DNA of 64,000 nt. Origin: Halobacteriovoraceae bacterium. Lineage in GTDB: Bacteria > Bdellovibrionota > Bacteriovoracia > Bacteriovoracales > Bacteriovoracaceae. Location: assembly GCA_963719505.1 (NCBI GenBank), contig CAVRCF010000005.1, forward strand, positions 64,001 through 128,000. The letters run 5' to 3'. A model generated the notes under the pieces. It made no database searches, was not told the DNA's origin, and worked only from the letters and a program-made list of their open reading frames with translations. The stretch's first letter is position 1. Every line of letters starts with the position of its first letter. The position numbers were made by a program, and so were the translations under genes. Of the stretch, positions 47,363-57,779 are shown one piece after another.

Positions 47363-47587
47363 ATGACTAATAAAAAAGAAGAAACAAAGAAAGAGAACAC
47401 AAAGAAAGAAGAAACAAAGAAAGAAGAAACTAAAGCTGATTCAGGTTTTAAGGTTTTAGCACATAGAACGATGACTTGTCTTGATGGGTCTGAGCTTCTT
47501 GCTACTCAACAATGTGTAATTAAAACAAAAGATGAGTACGAAAGACTTAAAGCTGATAAAAGAAAAATCTTTTCGGATATTAAATAA
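47363..47587 (+). CDS. Small phage protein with KKEET repeats
   Basis: 15-bp tandem repeats 47372-47431; GAGG RBS. Confidence 0.75.
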   Translation: MTNKKEETKKENTKKEETKKEETKADSGFKVLAHRTMTCLDGSELLATQQCVIKTKDEYERLKADKRKIFSDIK

Positions 47588-48028
47588 ATGTCAAACCAAT
47601 ATCTCAGCGATGCAATGATTGAAACACTTAAAGGTCGTCTTAATATCAAAGAGGATGATGATGCTGTTTTTGATGAGATCATCGCTGAGTCTATTGGCGA
47701 ATTTGAAACCCATGTTAGTAAGAGGTTTGTAGTTCCACTCCTAAGGGATGATGGCGTAGAGTATTCAGCAGCACCTCTTCATTCAAGAGTTCAAGTTCAA
47801 AGAATAATAAAGTCAATCATAAAAAAGAATTCAGCTCTTGAATTTAATGTTAATTCGGATGAGTCCTCAAATTCAAACTACCTTGAGCAACAGTATAAAG
47901 CTATTAATGGTGGGTATAAATACCTTTTAGATAAAGAGTATGATTTTAATTTTAAGCTTCAAAATTTTGCTTCGGACTACAATCCCACTCAAGTTATGGG
48001 ACTTGCTAGAAATACCTTCGATGCTTGA
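47588..48028 (+). CDS. Putative head-tail connector (Mu gp36-like)
   Basis: Position and size. Confidence 0.6.
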   Translation: MSNQYLSDAMIETLKGRLNIKEDDDAVFDEIIAESIGEFETHVSKRFVVPLLRDDGVEYSAAPLHSRVQVQRIIKSIIKKNSALEFNVNSDESSNSNYLEQQYKAINGGYKYLLDKEYDFNFKLQNFASDYNPTQVMGLARNTFDA

Positions 48029-48449
48029 TTTCTCGGAGATAAAATTACCTAAATTAGAAGATAAAACTAAAGGTCCTAAGTACGGAAGACTCAAGGGCGA
48101 CATATTAGGACTCGTTTTAGAGCAAAGAATTAGCACTTTTGATTCCGAAGCATCTCCGGATGGTCCTTGGGAAGAGTTAAGCTCTAAAACAAAAAGATCA
48201 AATGAAGATAACCATAAGATTCTCCAAGATAAAGGTATCTTAAGGGCTTCATTCACAGAGAGAGGAGATTCAAACTCTGAGCAATCTATTGACGGCGACG
48301 AAGTTTCTCTTCAATCCAATGTTGAGTATGCAGCAAAACAAAACTTTGGTAGCGAAGACGGGAGTCATCCAGCAAGAAGATTTGATTTGTTTTCAGATGA
48401 GGACCTCGCTGAGATTGATATATTAATACAGGATTATTTAAATGAGTAA
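48021..48449 (+). CDS. Virion morphogenesis protein (Mu gpG-like)
   Basis: SPDGPWEELS, ILQDKGILRAS, NVEYAAKQNFG, PARRF; start at ATG 48021. Confidence 0.85.
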   Translation: MLDFSEIKLPKLEDKTKGPKYGRLKGDILGLVLEQRISTFDSEASPDGPWEELSSKTKRSNEDNHKILQDKGILRASFTERGDSNSEQSIDGDEVSLQSNVEYAAKQNFGSEDGSHPARRFDLFSDEDLAEIDILIQDYLNE

Positions 48450-49074
48450 GATGGGCGACGAAAGGATAAATCAGGTTTTCAATAGTCTCGCTGGGGGCTT
48501 ACCAACCGATCAGCTATTAGAGTCAATTAAAAGCATCATGTTGCAGGAGCCTTTGTTTCAAATATTATTCGATGAAACAGGATCTAGGATTAATATAGAC
48601 GAGGTGGAGCCAAAAGTTTTGACTCATACTCCTTATATTCAACTAAGAACGGCAAGTGAAACTTACGAATCTAGCAATACTTTTTTGACAGGATCAATTG
48701 ATACGAGAATCTTGCTACCAGTTTCTTTTAGTGGCGACTTTTTGAAAAAGAAAAGATTGGCTCACGTATTTTATAGGTTTTTTATTTCAGATAAATTTAG
48801 AGAAATCTTCACAATGGTTGCGGGTTTTGAAGGGTTTAATAATATTCGTTTCAACTACAATGCTATGTTTATAGTTGGTCGAGATAGAATTCCTGCAATA
48901 GTAATGACCCTCCCATTTAGTTTAAATCTATATAGGTGGAAACTGGAAAACAGAGAGATTGATTACACCGAGCCTCTTGATGGTGAGTTAAATGATATTA
49001 CTTCTTACGAACTTGAGGGATATCTCGACAATGAAACGGAAGAGATTATTTATAGCGATATAGTGGATTTATAG
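48442..49074 (+). CDS. Putative tail terminator/completion protein
   Basis: Position before the sheath. Confidence 0.55.
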   Translation: MSKMGDERINQVFNSLAGGLPTDQLLESIKSIMLQEPLFQILFDETGSRINIDEVEPKVLTHTPYIQLRTASETYESSNTFLTGSIDTRILLPVSFSGDFLKKKRLAHVFYRFFISDKFREIFTMVAGFEGFNNIRFNYNAMFIVGRDRIPAIVMTLPFSLNLYRWKLENREIDYTEPLDGELNDITSYELEGYLDNETEEIIYSDIVDL

Positions 49075-49085
49075 AAGGGGTCACA

Positions 49086-49277
49086 ATGACTAAATCTAAG
49101 GAATTAAAGAAGTATAGGGCTTGCAAGGGTTGTGTTTTGCCTATTTTTTATGATGGCAAAATCATTCATGTTTCTAGTAAGTCAAAGCAAGAGATAGATC
49201 TAGCTTTGCTTGACCATGAGTCGAAGCACATTTTCAAAACTGCAATTAAAGATAAACAAATAGAAGAGGTGAAATAA
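49086..49277 (+). CDS. Small phage protein preceding sheath
   Basis: RBS; coupled to the sheath gene. Confidence 0.7.
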   Translation: MTKSKELKKYRACKGCVLPIFYDGKIIHVSSKSKQEIDLALLDHESKHIFKTAIKDKQIEEVK

Positions 49278-50455
49278 TGTTTAGTTTTACGAGAGCGCCA
49301 TCGATTAAGATTTCAATTGGTGTGGAGCAGGGTGCTGCTGTTGGGGCTGATAATGACTTAGTTCTTATTGGTCGTTTGGCTGCAACTGGTTCGTCTGTGG
49401 TAGCAAATAGTATTACGGTCATCGAAAATTTTGGGGATGAGGTTTTAGCAAAGACTGAGTCTGAGGGGTATTTCGGCGCTGATTCTGAAATTGTAGAAAT
49501 GGTTGTCGCTGCTATTAAGGGGAATAAGTTCTCAAATGCTGTGCCAAAAGTTTTTCCAAGAATTAAGGTTTTGGCTTTAGCTAATGCTTCTACTGATTTA
49601 GCAAGTGCTTTGGCCGTGAATGCAACAGTCCCAATGCCTTATGTTGCGGCTTGGTTCCCTACCTCTGAAGAAACTTTGAGGCAAGAACTTAGAGATCACT
49701 TGGATTTTATTTCATCAGCTTCAAGGGGTAGAAATGGTCAATTTGGATCTATTGGTTTTATTGCTACTGATGGTTCTCTCGCGACGGCTTCTGAGAATGC
49801 TCTGGCGCTTGGGTCTAGATTAATAGCTGCTCCATACTTAAGAGATACAGCTGTTACGAAGGCAAATAAAGTTCATGAGGTGAGCGCTGCTTTTGCTGCT
49901 GTTAATGCTGTAAACCCAGCTCCTTTTAATCCTATGAATGATATTGTTGTCGGTGGGTTGAAGGTTCCTGTTAGTCTTGCGGATCATCATACAACTGGAG
50001 ACACTGGAACCACTGCTCTTTCTTTGAGTGCTGGATTGACACCGTTAGAAATCAATAGTCGTGGTCAGGTTGTTATATCTAGAGCGATTACAACGATTAG
50101 AACGAACGACGCTTTTGAAGATATTTCATATTTTGATATTGCTGACATGCAAACAATATTCTTTTTTAGAAAGACTGAGTTTGCGATCGCTGCACAAGAG
50201 AAATATAAGAGAACCAAGGCTAGCGCCGAAGTTGCAAAAAATATTATGTCTGAGATTAAGTCGGCGGCAATTGATTTCCAAGACGAAGGAATGTTTCAGC
50301 AAGTAGAAAAGTTTTTTGCTCAATTCACTGTTGAAAGGTCACGAACTAATCGAAGTGCTTTTGTTTATAAAATTCCCTACAACGTAGTGCCCGGCCTTCA
50401 TAATATCGGTATCGAAAACACTGCAACAACACAATTTGATGAGATAGAACTTTAG
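49277..50455 (+). CDS. Tail sheath protein
   Basis: LVLIG, FGADSEI, AGLTPL..GQVVISRAIT, VVPGLH Mu-type sheath motifs. Confidence 0.92.
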   Translation: MFSFTRAPSIKISIGVEQGAAVGADNDLVLIGRLAATGSSVVANSITVIENFGDEVLAKTESEGYFGADSEIVEMVVAAIKGNKFSNAVPKVFPRIKVLALANASTDLASALAVNATVPMPYVAAWFPTSEETLRQELRDHLDFISSASRGRNGQFGSIGFIATDGSLATASENALALGSRLIAAPYLRDTAVTKANKVHEVSAAFAAVNAVNPAPFNPMNDIVVGGLKVPVSLADHHTTGDTGTTALSLSAGLTPLEINSRGQVVISRAITTIRTNDAFEDISYFDIADMQTIFFFRKTEFAIAAQEKYKRTKASAEVAKNIMSEIKSAAIDFQDEGMFQQVEKFFAQFTVERSRTNRSAFVYKIPYNVVPGLHNIGIENTATTQFDEIEL

Positions 50456-50463
50456 GAGATAAG

Positions 50464-50874
50464 ATGCAAAGAAAAGCAGACAGAGCCTTTGTCGTAATTA
50501 ATGGTCTTGAAATTGGAGACCTTAAGTCGGCAAATGTAGATAGAAATAGTAATGTGCAATACTCGTCAACCATGACTAGAAACTTGAAAAATTCAGGTTT
50601 CAAATATGGAAACACGGATATAAATGTTTCCCTTGAGTCAGATGTTGATGGTGTTCAAGCTGCGGTGGATACAGCAATTGTAAACCCTGAGGATAGCATT
50701 GATCTTGTTTTCATTTGTGGTGGAGAGAGATTTTTGGTTAAAAATCTAGCTGAATCAACAATGTCTATGTCGGCTTCGGTAGGAGATGCTTCAAAGTCAA
50801 CTTCATACTTAGCTCTTGATATTGTAAATGAGAATGGTGCTTCTGTTAATATTTCAATTAATTTAGGTCAGTAA
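50464..50874 (+). CDS. Tail tube protein
   Basis: 136 aa, beta-rich, directly after the sheath. Confidence 0.8.
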   Translation: MQRKADRAFVVINGLEIGDLKSANVDRNSNVQYSSTMTRNLKNSGFKYGNTDINVSLESDVDGVQAAVDTAIVNPEDSIDLVFICGGERFLVKNLAESTMSMSASVGDASKSTSYLALDIVNENGASVNISINLGQ

Positions 50875-50875
50875 A

Positions 50876-51373
50876 ATGATAGAGTCGAAGTCGGTTGAAG
50901 ATATTCTTAGGGATTTTAGGAAGGGATATAAAGATTGCAAATTTACTTATGGTGATTGGTCTTGTCCCTTTGTTCCTTTAAATGCAGATGAGGAGAATGC
51001 TATTTTGATTCAAACAGAATCAAGCTCTAATTTTCCAAACGAGCAAGTAAAGAGAATGAAGCTTCCTTTGATGCAGATGAAAAAGTTAATGCTTACAGCT
51101 GCAAATAAGCAAGCTACTAATATGACCCAAGGCTTTTTAGATGCTTTGTCTTCGACTGAAATCGAAGTCCTTTATGATCAATATATAACAGGATGTCACC
51201 AAGTTAATAGAGAGTTTGAAGATCTTACTCAGGATCAATTTAATGAGATCTTAGCGTCTGTAAAAAAAAATCCTGCGAAAGTGAGCGACTTATCTATTTT
51301 TCAGCTCAAGGCAATTGGGAAATACTTTTTGGCAGAAATCCTACCGACGGTCAAAGATGTTGGTGGCAATTAA
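50876..51373 (+). CDS. Tail assembly chaperone (probable -1 frameshift form ending 51399)
   Basis: Between tube and tape measure; A9 run at 51262-51270. Confidence 0.75.
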   Translation: MIESKSVEDILRDFRKGYKDCKFTYGDWSCPFVPLNADEENAILIQTESSSNFPNEQVKRMKLPLMQMKKLMLTAANKQATNMTQGFLDALSSTEIEVLYDQYITGCHQVNREFEDLTQDQFNEILASVKKNPAKVSDLSIFQLKAIGKYFLAEILPTVKDVGGN

Positions 51374-51402
51374 TGAACCTTGCCAACGATAAGGGGTAAG
51401 GT

Positions 51403-53172
51403 GTGGCCAGTAGTAAAGTTGAACAAATTGTTAGTCTCAATACCTCAGGTTATGTAAAGGGCTTGAAGGGTATGGTATCGGAGAATAAAGCCGCCGAAAC
51501 CAAGATGACTAAGACTCATAAAACGATTGCTGATGAACATCAAAGCAATTCAGTTAAACAAATACGGAATAATTTTAAAGTTTCTAACTCTGTTAAGGGT
51601 CTCGCAAGGGATTTCTCTGATAGCTTCAAGAAAGGTGCTCTGATAGGTGGAGCTGTCGCATTGGCCACAGGGGTTAAGACTGCCGCAACCGCTGCCGCAA
51701 AGTCAGTCCTATCAATCGACAAAGCTATGGCAAAACTTCAGGATAAATTTGATCTATCCTCAAAGAAGCTAAAAGGATTTAGGGGGCAGTTCAACTCTCT
51801 TTCAAAAGAGACGGGGTTGTCGGCGGGTGCCATCGCTGAAGCTGGCGAGATAGGCTTAGCAGCCTCAGGCGGTAGGGAAGCAGTAGGTATTGATTCAATT
51901 GCCAAAGCTTCAAAGATTAGCGGTGACTCGCCTAAGGAATTAGCTAGAACTGTTGCTGACTTCCTCAAAGGTTCTGGTCAAGAATTTACAAATGAAAATG
52001 TCAAAGATTTTTTAGATAGCGCAAACTCTCTTTCTAGAAAGGGAGATTTGTCATTTAGTGAGTCTATAAAAGCTCTTTCTTTAAACTCTGGAGATAAAGC
52101 CAAGTCCGGTTTATCCAACAGGGAGAATGCAGCTCTACTTTCAGGGGCTTCAGGTGTTGGACAAGATCGAGAGTCTTCTTTATCAGCAATAAATGCTTTA
52201 GTTGCAAAATCTACCGATGGATTCGGTGGGGATGCGGCTCTTGCTGGGGTTTTAGGCGTTAAGGGTGGATTCTCTACGGATGGAAAATTTGACGTCAATA
52301 AGCTTCGTGAGGCTTCTGAAAACAAAAATAAGGCGGGTTTAAATAAAGCAGATTTTGAAAAACTACTTACCGGAACTGGCTTGTCAAAAGAAGAGGCTCA
52401 GGGTCTCAATGCGATCCTTTCTGAATTTGACAAGTTTGAAGAAGGTTTCAAGAAAACAGTTGACGACACCAAGACGCTTTCAGATTCATTTAAAAATCAA
52501 ACAAATAATATTTCAGACAATATGTCTAAGATGAATATGTCTCTTTCTAAAGCGGCTGATCAAATAATATCTCCTCTTTCAAAAGTAGGGAGCGATATTT
52601 TAAACGGTGATTTCTCCAAAGGAATTTCTAATCTTGGAGATGCCCTACTTGAATCAGGTAAGGGAGCTCTAGATAACAAGGCTGCTGTAGGAGGATCGAT
52701 TGCGACAGTTGCTCTTGCTGGCTTACTGTCTAAAAAGCTTGGAGTATTTGGCTCTGAAGCTAAAGAGAGAGCGATTGAGGCGGCAACAGGAGAAGAAGTC
52801 ACAAAAGTTAACGTAATAAACTTTAGTGAAATAAAAGGATCTCTTGGGTCCGATGGTCTTGGAGCCTTTAAGAGCAAGAAAATGGGTGGTCTATTTGGTG
52901 GTGTGGCCAAAGCCGGAGGTGTTCTGGCGGCTGGGGCTGCTGGTTATGCTGTTGGAAGTGTAATAAACGATACCTTAATATCAAAAACTGTCGATAAATC
53001 AGGTGATGGTGCATTTGAAGGTAACGCTGTAGAGAGGTTGATCTATTCAATTGACAACTTTTTTGGTGGAGAGAATGCAAAGAATTTCCAAAAAGCAAAT
53101 AAGGTGCAGTTAGAGGTAGTTAAGAATACTAGCTTTACCGCTAAACCTGTTGCGGCTGATCTTGATAGGTAG
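51403..53172 (+). CDS. Tape measure protein
   Basis: 589 aa, A/G/K/S-rich helical, position. Confidence 0.9.
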   Translation: MASSKVEQIVSLNTSGYVKGLKGMVSENKAAETKMTKTHKTIADEHQSNSVKQIRNNFKVSNSVKGLARDFSDSFKKGALIGGAVALATGVKTAATAAAKSVLSIDKAMAKLQDKFDLSSKKLKGFRGQFNSLSKETGLSAGAIAEAGEIGLAASGGREAVGIDSIAKASKISGDSPKELARTVADFLKGSGQEFTNENVKDFLDSANSLSRKGDLSFSESIKALSLNSGDKAKSGLSNRENAALLSGASGVGQDRESSLSAINALVAKSTDGFGGDAALAGVLGVKGGFSTDGKFDVNKLREASENKNKAGLNKADFEKLLTGTGLSKEEAQGLNAILSEFDKFEEGFKKTVDDTKTLSDSFKNQTNNISDNMSKMNMSLSKAADQIISPLSKVGSDILNGDFSKGISNLGDALLESGKGALDNKAAVGGSIATVALAGLLSKKLGVFGSEAKERAIEAATGEEVTKVNVINFSEIKGSLGSDGLGAFKSKKMGGLFGGVAKAGGVLAAGAAGYAVGSVINDTLISKTVDKSGDGAFEGNAVERLIYSIDNFFGGENAKNFQKANKVQLEVVKNTSFTAKPVAADLDR

Positions 53173-53174
53173 AT

Positions 53175-54365
53175 ATGAAGTGGAAAAAATTAACAGATGG
53201 ATACTTTAAGGGTTACAGATTTCATGTAGCTGTTCCATCTGGTTCTACTGGTCACGGTATAACATCTTCTAAAATTGAAATAGAAAGAAGACTTCACATT
53301 GTTGAGTTTAGGAATTTCAAGGGTGGTAAGATAAATGACCTTGATCAAAAAGTAGTCCCTATAACCGTTGAAATTGTCTTTCATGGTCCAAATTATCAAT
53401 CTGAATATGAAGAATTTAAGAGGATATGCTCTGAGGGAACTGCTGGAATCTTAACTTTGCCAACTGAGGAGAAATCCTATGTTGCATATATTCAGAAGCT
53501 TTCAGTTTCCGACGCGGTTGGAGAGTCGAGCACTAAAAAGGTGACAGCTACCTTTTTAGAAGACACAACTATTGACGCTAATAATTTGCCTAACCCTAAT
53601 ATACAATTGAGTGAGTATAATGTTGCTGAGGAAAGGAATAATCTTTTGGATTCTATTCAAGCAACAAAGAAAGACATAAATGATAATGAGTTTTTGTCTG
53701 CGGTAAAGATTTTTGAGAGTGGCTTGAGTGGCGTGAGAAGGTTCTCGAATGCTGTTTTAATTCTCGATAGTGCTGCTAAATCGAGGATCGCTGATCTCAC
53801 ATCTAACCTACAGGGAACCTTGAGTTTGGCATCAACGGCCGTTTCGGTTGTGACTGACAATTTGCTAGGCATAGATGAGAGTGATGACTCTGGCGAAGAG
53901 CTAGGGACACAGGTGGACCCTGAGACAGGCAACACTATTGTTTTGTTGGATGATCCTAATGAGCAGAGCGAGGAAGAGACCGTTGAAATTGAAGAGGTTA
54001 AAAACGCGGAGATAGAAAGTACCGTTTCATCAATTGGAAAAGGCACAGAGTCTTCAGCGGAATTGGCACTTGACGCAATAATAAAAGATTTAAAAGAAAA
54101 ATCTGAAAGCTTATCTGGCTCCACAGGTTCAAATTTTGAAGATATCAGGCAAAATCTTCTGAGCATTGTGAGTTCTCTTGAGAATCTTCGTTCTAACTCG
54201 GCTTCCAAGCCAACTAGAGCGCTACTGGTTCCTTATTCTGTGAGCATTTTTGAGGCATTTCTTCACAATAGTATCGACCTGTCTGAGATTAGAAGAGTGG
54301 CGAGGCTTAATTACCACATAGAAGATCTACTTGTTATTCCTCAAGGTGAAGTTCTTTACGTATGA
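53175..54365 (+). CDS. Mu gpN-like DNA circularisation/tail initiator protein
   Basis: WKKLTDGYFKGYRFHV N-terminus; LysM-like C-terminus. Confidence 0.82.
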   Translation: MKWKKLTDGYFKGYRFHVAVPSGSTGHGITSSKIEIERRLHIVEFRNFKGGKINDLDQKVVPITVEIVFHGPNYQSEYEEFKRICSEGTAGILTLPTEEKSYVAYIQKLSVSDAVGESSTKKVTATFLEDTTIDANNLPNPNIQLSEYNVAEERNNLLDSIQATKKDINDNEFLSAVKIFESGLSGVRRFSNAVLILDSAAKSRIADLTSNLQGTLSLASTAVSVVTDNLLGIDESDDSGEELGTQVDPETGNTIVLLDDPNEQSEEETVEIEEVKNAEIESTVSSIGKGTESSAELALDAIIKDLKEKSESLSGSTGSNFEDIRQNLLSIVSSLENLRSNSASKPTRALLVPYSVSIFEAFLHNSIDLSEIRRVARLNYHIEDLLVIPQGEVLYV

Positions 54366-55513
54366 GCACTAAATATGGAATGAGGCTTATTTCTAAAAAA
54401 GACTTTAAGGTTTATGACTCAGAGTTATTTTTTGCAGGGGATAACGCTCCTAGTTTTAATTTTAACTCTTCGATGTTTCGCTTCACCGACGTTTTTGATT
54501 TTTCTATTGGTGTCCCAAGTGGAGTTGCAAGGGATGTACACTCACATGACTTTGTGGAGTTTTATTTTGAGGTGAATTCTAAGAAGTATAATATTGGTGT
54601 TGGCTATATTGAGGACTTTCAAAAAATAAAAAGAATTCAAGAGACCACCTTGTCAGGAAACGGGCGAGACCTAATTGGAATTTTACAGGATCGTTATTTT
54701 GTTAAAAACCTTCACTCTGAAAATATTCAAATCGCTGACCTAGTGAAGAGAATTATTAAAAATGAGTATATTGATAGCTACACAAGAATATTTAAAAACA
54801 GAAAGGGCATTATAAAACCTGACAATATGTATAATGGTCCTTTTCTTTCTTCGAGCACAGCCGAAACATCAAAGGCCCAAATTCTAAAAAAAGCCTCATC
54901 AACCACTTTAAACATAATATATCAGGACCATGATGGCTTTGTTGTCGTGAGAGGTAAAAGACCTAAGCCAAAAAGCAAAGGGGTTTTAAAAGAGGGCACA
55001 AGCAATGTTGTAGCCCTAACCATTAAAGAGAAATATTCTGAAGTTTACTCTGATGCCACAACTTTTTATAATGCCGCTCAGTCATCTGTAGACAATCAAT
55101 CTAATAGCTCTACATCGATAAACTACGACAAGAGAATCAGATCTATAATAAAAAAGACTTTTTACGACACTTTTAATGTGAATGACATAAAAGACTTTGC
55201 CGGAACATTAAAAGCTGAGCAAAGAATTAAACAAGTAGCAGATTACAACTTAAGAATATCAAATAGGGGGTTGTGTGTTCCCATCATATCTACCGATGAA
55301 CCTTATTACCTCGATAAATCAACTGGAGAAATAATCCCTTATAGGGTTGGTGATATTTGGACGCTTGAGAGTCAAGATAGCGATCTTACTTCTTCTGAGT
55401 TTCCTAATGGAACCAATCGACTTGACTTTGAACTAACTGGGATTGATGTGAAGAGTGATTTAGCTGGATCTAGTATTGAGCTTGAATTTAATCTTCCTGA
55501 AACTATTGTTTAA
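54362..55513 (+). CDS. Baseplate hub (Mu gp44-like)
   Basis: DVFDFS, GYIE, SGNGRDLIGILQD; position. Confidence 0.8.
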   Translation: MSTKYGMRLISKKDFKVYDSELFFAGDNAPSFNFNSSMFRFTDVFDFSIGVPSGVARDVHSHDFVEFYFEVNSKKYNIGVGYIEDFQKIKRIQETTLSGNGRDLIGILQDRYFVKNLHSENIQIADLVKRIIKNEYIDSYTRIFKNRKGIIKPDNMYNGPFLSSSTAETSKAQILKKASSTTLNIIYQDHDGFVVVRGKRPKPKSKGVLKEGTSNVVALTIKEKYSEVYSDATTFYNAAQSSVDNQSNSSTSINYDKRIRSIIKKTFYDTFNVNDIKDFAGTLKAEQRIKQVADYNLRISNRGLCVPIISTDEPYYLDKSTGEIIPYRVGDIWTLESQDSDLTSSEFPNGTNRLDFELTGIDVKSDLAGSSIELEFNLPETIV

Positions 55514-56088
55514 TGAACGAATCAACTTTAAAAAATAAGGTACTGGGCTTTTTGCAGCCTATGTATTTTGGGGCGATATCTAAGAAAGATCGCTTCCTTT
55601 ATCACGTAAGGGGTATTAGTGGTTTTGGTCAAAAAATTGCTCCACTTCTTTTTCCTTTCGGTTTCGTCTCAGATCCTCACGATGGGGTCTCTGGTTATTG
55701 CGACTCTGTTGGCGGTGACTCAAGCTCTCCTGTAGTTGTTAATCAATTAGATAGGAATAGACCCTCCACCTCAGAGAAGGGTGAGGTTATTTTTTACTCT
55801 TTCGATGGCAGCTCTCACAAAGTTTTAATTTATCTTAAGCCTGATGGGAGATTGAAGGTGATAGCTGAGACCGATGTTGAGGTTGTGTCGCCTTCAGTTA
55901 CGATTAAGAGTCCGAAGATCGAGTTAGGAGAAGAGAGCTTAGAGAAGATTGTTAATGGCGAGACTTTTCAGACTCTTTTTAACAAGCATAAACACTACGG
56001 AAATGCAGGGGTGATGACTTCGCCTCCGGTGCCTGAAGATCAAATGATTGATGAGCACTTGTCCGAAACAGTTAAGGCGCAAATATGA
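55513..56088 (+). CDS. Baseplate spike (Mu gp45/gpV-like)
   Basis: PFGFVSDP, KGEVIFY, C-terminal HKH (HxH) motif. Confidence 0.88.
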   Translation: MNESTLKNKVLGFLQPMYFGAISKKDRFLYHVRGISGFGQKIAPLLFPFGFVSDPHDGVSGYCDSVGGDSSSPVVVNQLDRNRPSTSEKGEVIFYSFDGSSHKVLIYLKPDGRLKVIAETDVEVVSPSVTIKSPKIELGEESLEKIVNGETFQTLFNKHKHYGNAGVMTSPPVPEDQMIDEHLSETVKAQI

Positions 56089-56345
56089 AGATATTAATTT
56101 TATTTCTGATCGTTTTTTCTATGAACACAAAGGCTGCGCTCACAGCATCTTCATGCAAGACAAAAGTTGAAGCTGCAATTTTAGCTGAGTTTGGTGTGCA
56201 ACCTGTCGCGAGTCCAAACTTTATCATCGCAATTTGTGCGGGAATAATTGAAGAGATCCAACAAAATGCTGTGGTTAATTCAACGACTACCGTTCAAGGT
56301 GGTTCCTCTTCTGGACCTCATCCTGCTGTTGGTACGATTCAATGA
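56085..56345 (+). CDS. Small spike-associated protein with N-terminal signal peptide
   Basis: MKILILFLIVFSMNTKA then ALTASSC...; overlaps both neighbours by 4 bp. Confidence 0.7.
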   Translation: MKILILFLIVFSMNTKAALTASSCKTKVEAAILAEFGVQPVASPNFIIAICAGIIEEIQQNAVVNSTTTVQGGSSSGPHPAVGTIQ

Positions 56346-56644
56346 GTTTGGTTGTTGATTTTGATGGTGAGTATGCCTATGAGCCAAATTCTAAAGTTTT
56401 AAAAAAGTCGGATAGTAATGTCTTTAAGGCAAATATAGAGCTCAGCCTTTCGCTTGGTGAGTGGGTTTACGCTCCAAACTCTGGCCATACACTTAAGAAA
56501 TATTTAAAAAGAGGGGCCACTGAAGAGGTGGTTGAATCTCTTAATAAAGAAGCAAGGCTTTATCTAGGAAAGTACGACGCTGAGGTTGTGAAAGAAGCAA
56601 TTTCAAGAGGTCGAAGTGAAACCCAAATTAAAATTCAGGAATAA
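56342..56644 (+). CDS. Baseplate wedge/sheath initiator (Mu gp46-like)
   Basis: LGEWVYAPNSG..L motif; position. Confidence 0.75.
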   Translation: MSLVVDFDGEYAYEPNSKVLKKSDSNVFKANIELSLSLGEWVYAPNSGHTLKKYLKRGATEEVVESLNKEARLYLGKYDAEVVKEAISRGRSETQIKIQE

Positions 56645-56646
56645 TT

Positions 56647-57777
56647 ATGTTTAAGACGAGCCAAGAGATTTTGAATTCTATGCTTGCTAGCCACAAGCAA
56701 GTGACGGGGATTGATGTAGATCCATCCGATCTTGGTAGTGAGGTTGTTGTTAAAGCCATGCCTTTTGCAAACGCTCTGAGTGTTTTTTATGCAAACTTAG
56801 AGATGGTTAAGGATGCTAGGCATCCCAATTCGTCCAACCCAAGCGATCTCGTGAAGCATCTGGCGGCAAGATTTTTACCTGAGAGAAGGCAGCCTTCAAA
56901 TAGTCAGGGGCAAGTTAGTTTTTCATCAAAAGATTTATTGCAAAACATTTTATTTCCTATCGGTGTAAGAATTCTTAGAGTTTCCACGGGCGATATTTAT
57001 ATTTCTACTCAAGAAGGTCTTTCAAATTCTGATGGCTTAGTTGCCGTCGTTTTTAGGTCTGAAAAAAGTGGACAAGCATTAAATATTGATAAGATCGGAG
57101 AGTCTTTTTCTATTGAGGGAGAGCTGATTGGATATGACAAAGAAGGGTTGAGCACAACTGTTTTTGCTGATGGTAGAGACTTAGAGAGTCCGACATCGAT
57201 GCTTGAGAGGATCAACGAATATGATCGAAAACTAAACACAGGTGGAAACTTACCAGCTTACGAGCAATTTGCCAAAGACGCAGATCCTTCAGTTGTAAAT
57301 GCTACAGCAATAAAACACCCAAGAGGAGCCTCAACTGTTGATGTTGTTATCACTTCCGGTACAACTGATATAGAGGGCGCTGTAAGGTCAGGGCTGCCAG
57401 TTGTGAGAATCCCAAGTCTTAATCTCTTGGAAGTTGTTCAAACTTATGTTGACACAAAAAAACCAACAACCGATGACTTTATTGCACGTGCCCCAACAGA
57501 AATTGATTTTAATACAACGATTAACTATAGACCTGAGTCTCTGGATGATGTTCCTTTTATTCAAGAAGAAATAAGAAAGCTTTGGGAGATATTCGTTTAT
57601 TCGGCAAGGTCTGGGGCGAGAATAGAGCCGACTGAGCTTGAAAGAAGAATCGACCAAGCTTTAGGTGCGAGAGTTCCATATAGAAGGGTCAGTGATTTTG
57701 AAGTTTCGACATACTACAAAGACATACCAGCTGAAAATATTTTAAGGCCGGGCAACCTCATTTTAAATGAGGTGTAG
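56647..57777 (+). CDS. Baseplate J/gp47-family protein
   Basis: GRDLES, GGNLPAYEQFA, PRGASTVDVVI. Confidence 0.92.
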   Translation: MFKTSQEILNSMLASHKQVTGIDVDPSDLGSEVVVKAMPFANALSVFYANLEMVKDARHPNSSNPSDLVKHLAARFLPERRQPSNSQGQVSFSSKDLLQNILFPIGVRILRVSTGDIYISTQEGLSNSDGLVAVVFRSEKSGQALNIDKIGESFSIEGELIGYDKEGLSTTVFADGRDLESPTSMLERINEYDRKLNTGGNLPAYEQFAKDADPSVVNATAIKHPRGASTVDVVITSGTTDIEGAVRSGLPVVRIPSLNLLEVVQTYVDTKKPTTDDFIARAPTEIDFNTTINYRPESLDDVPFIQEEIRKLWEIFVYSARSGARIEPTELERRIDQALGARVPYRRVSDFEVSTYYKDIPAENILRPGNLILNEV

Positions 57778-57779
57778 TT

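Noticed and set aside
47372-47431. 15-bp tandem repeat (and the GGTTTA repeat at about 17961-17997)
   Set aside because: Both are explained as low-complexity coding repeats (KKEET; KP).
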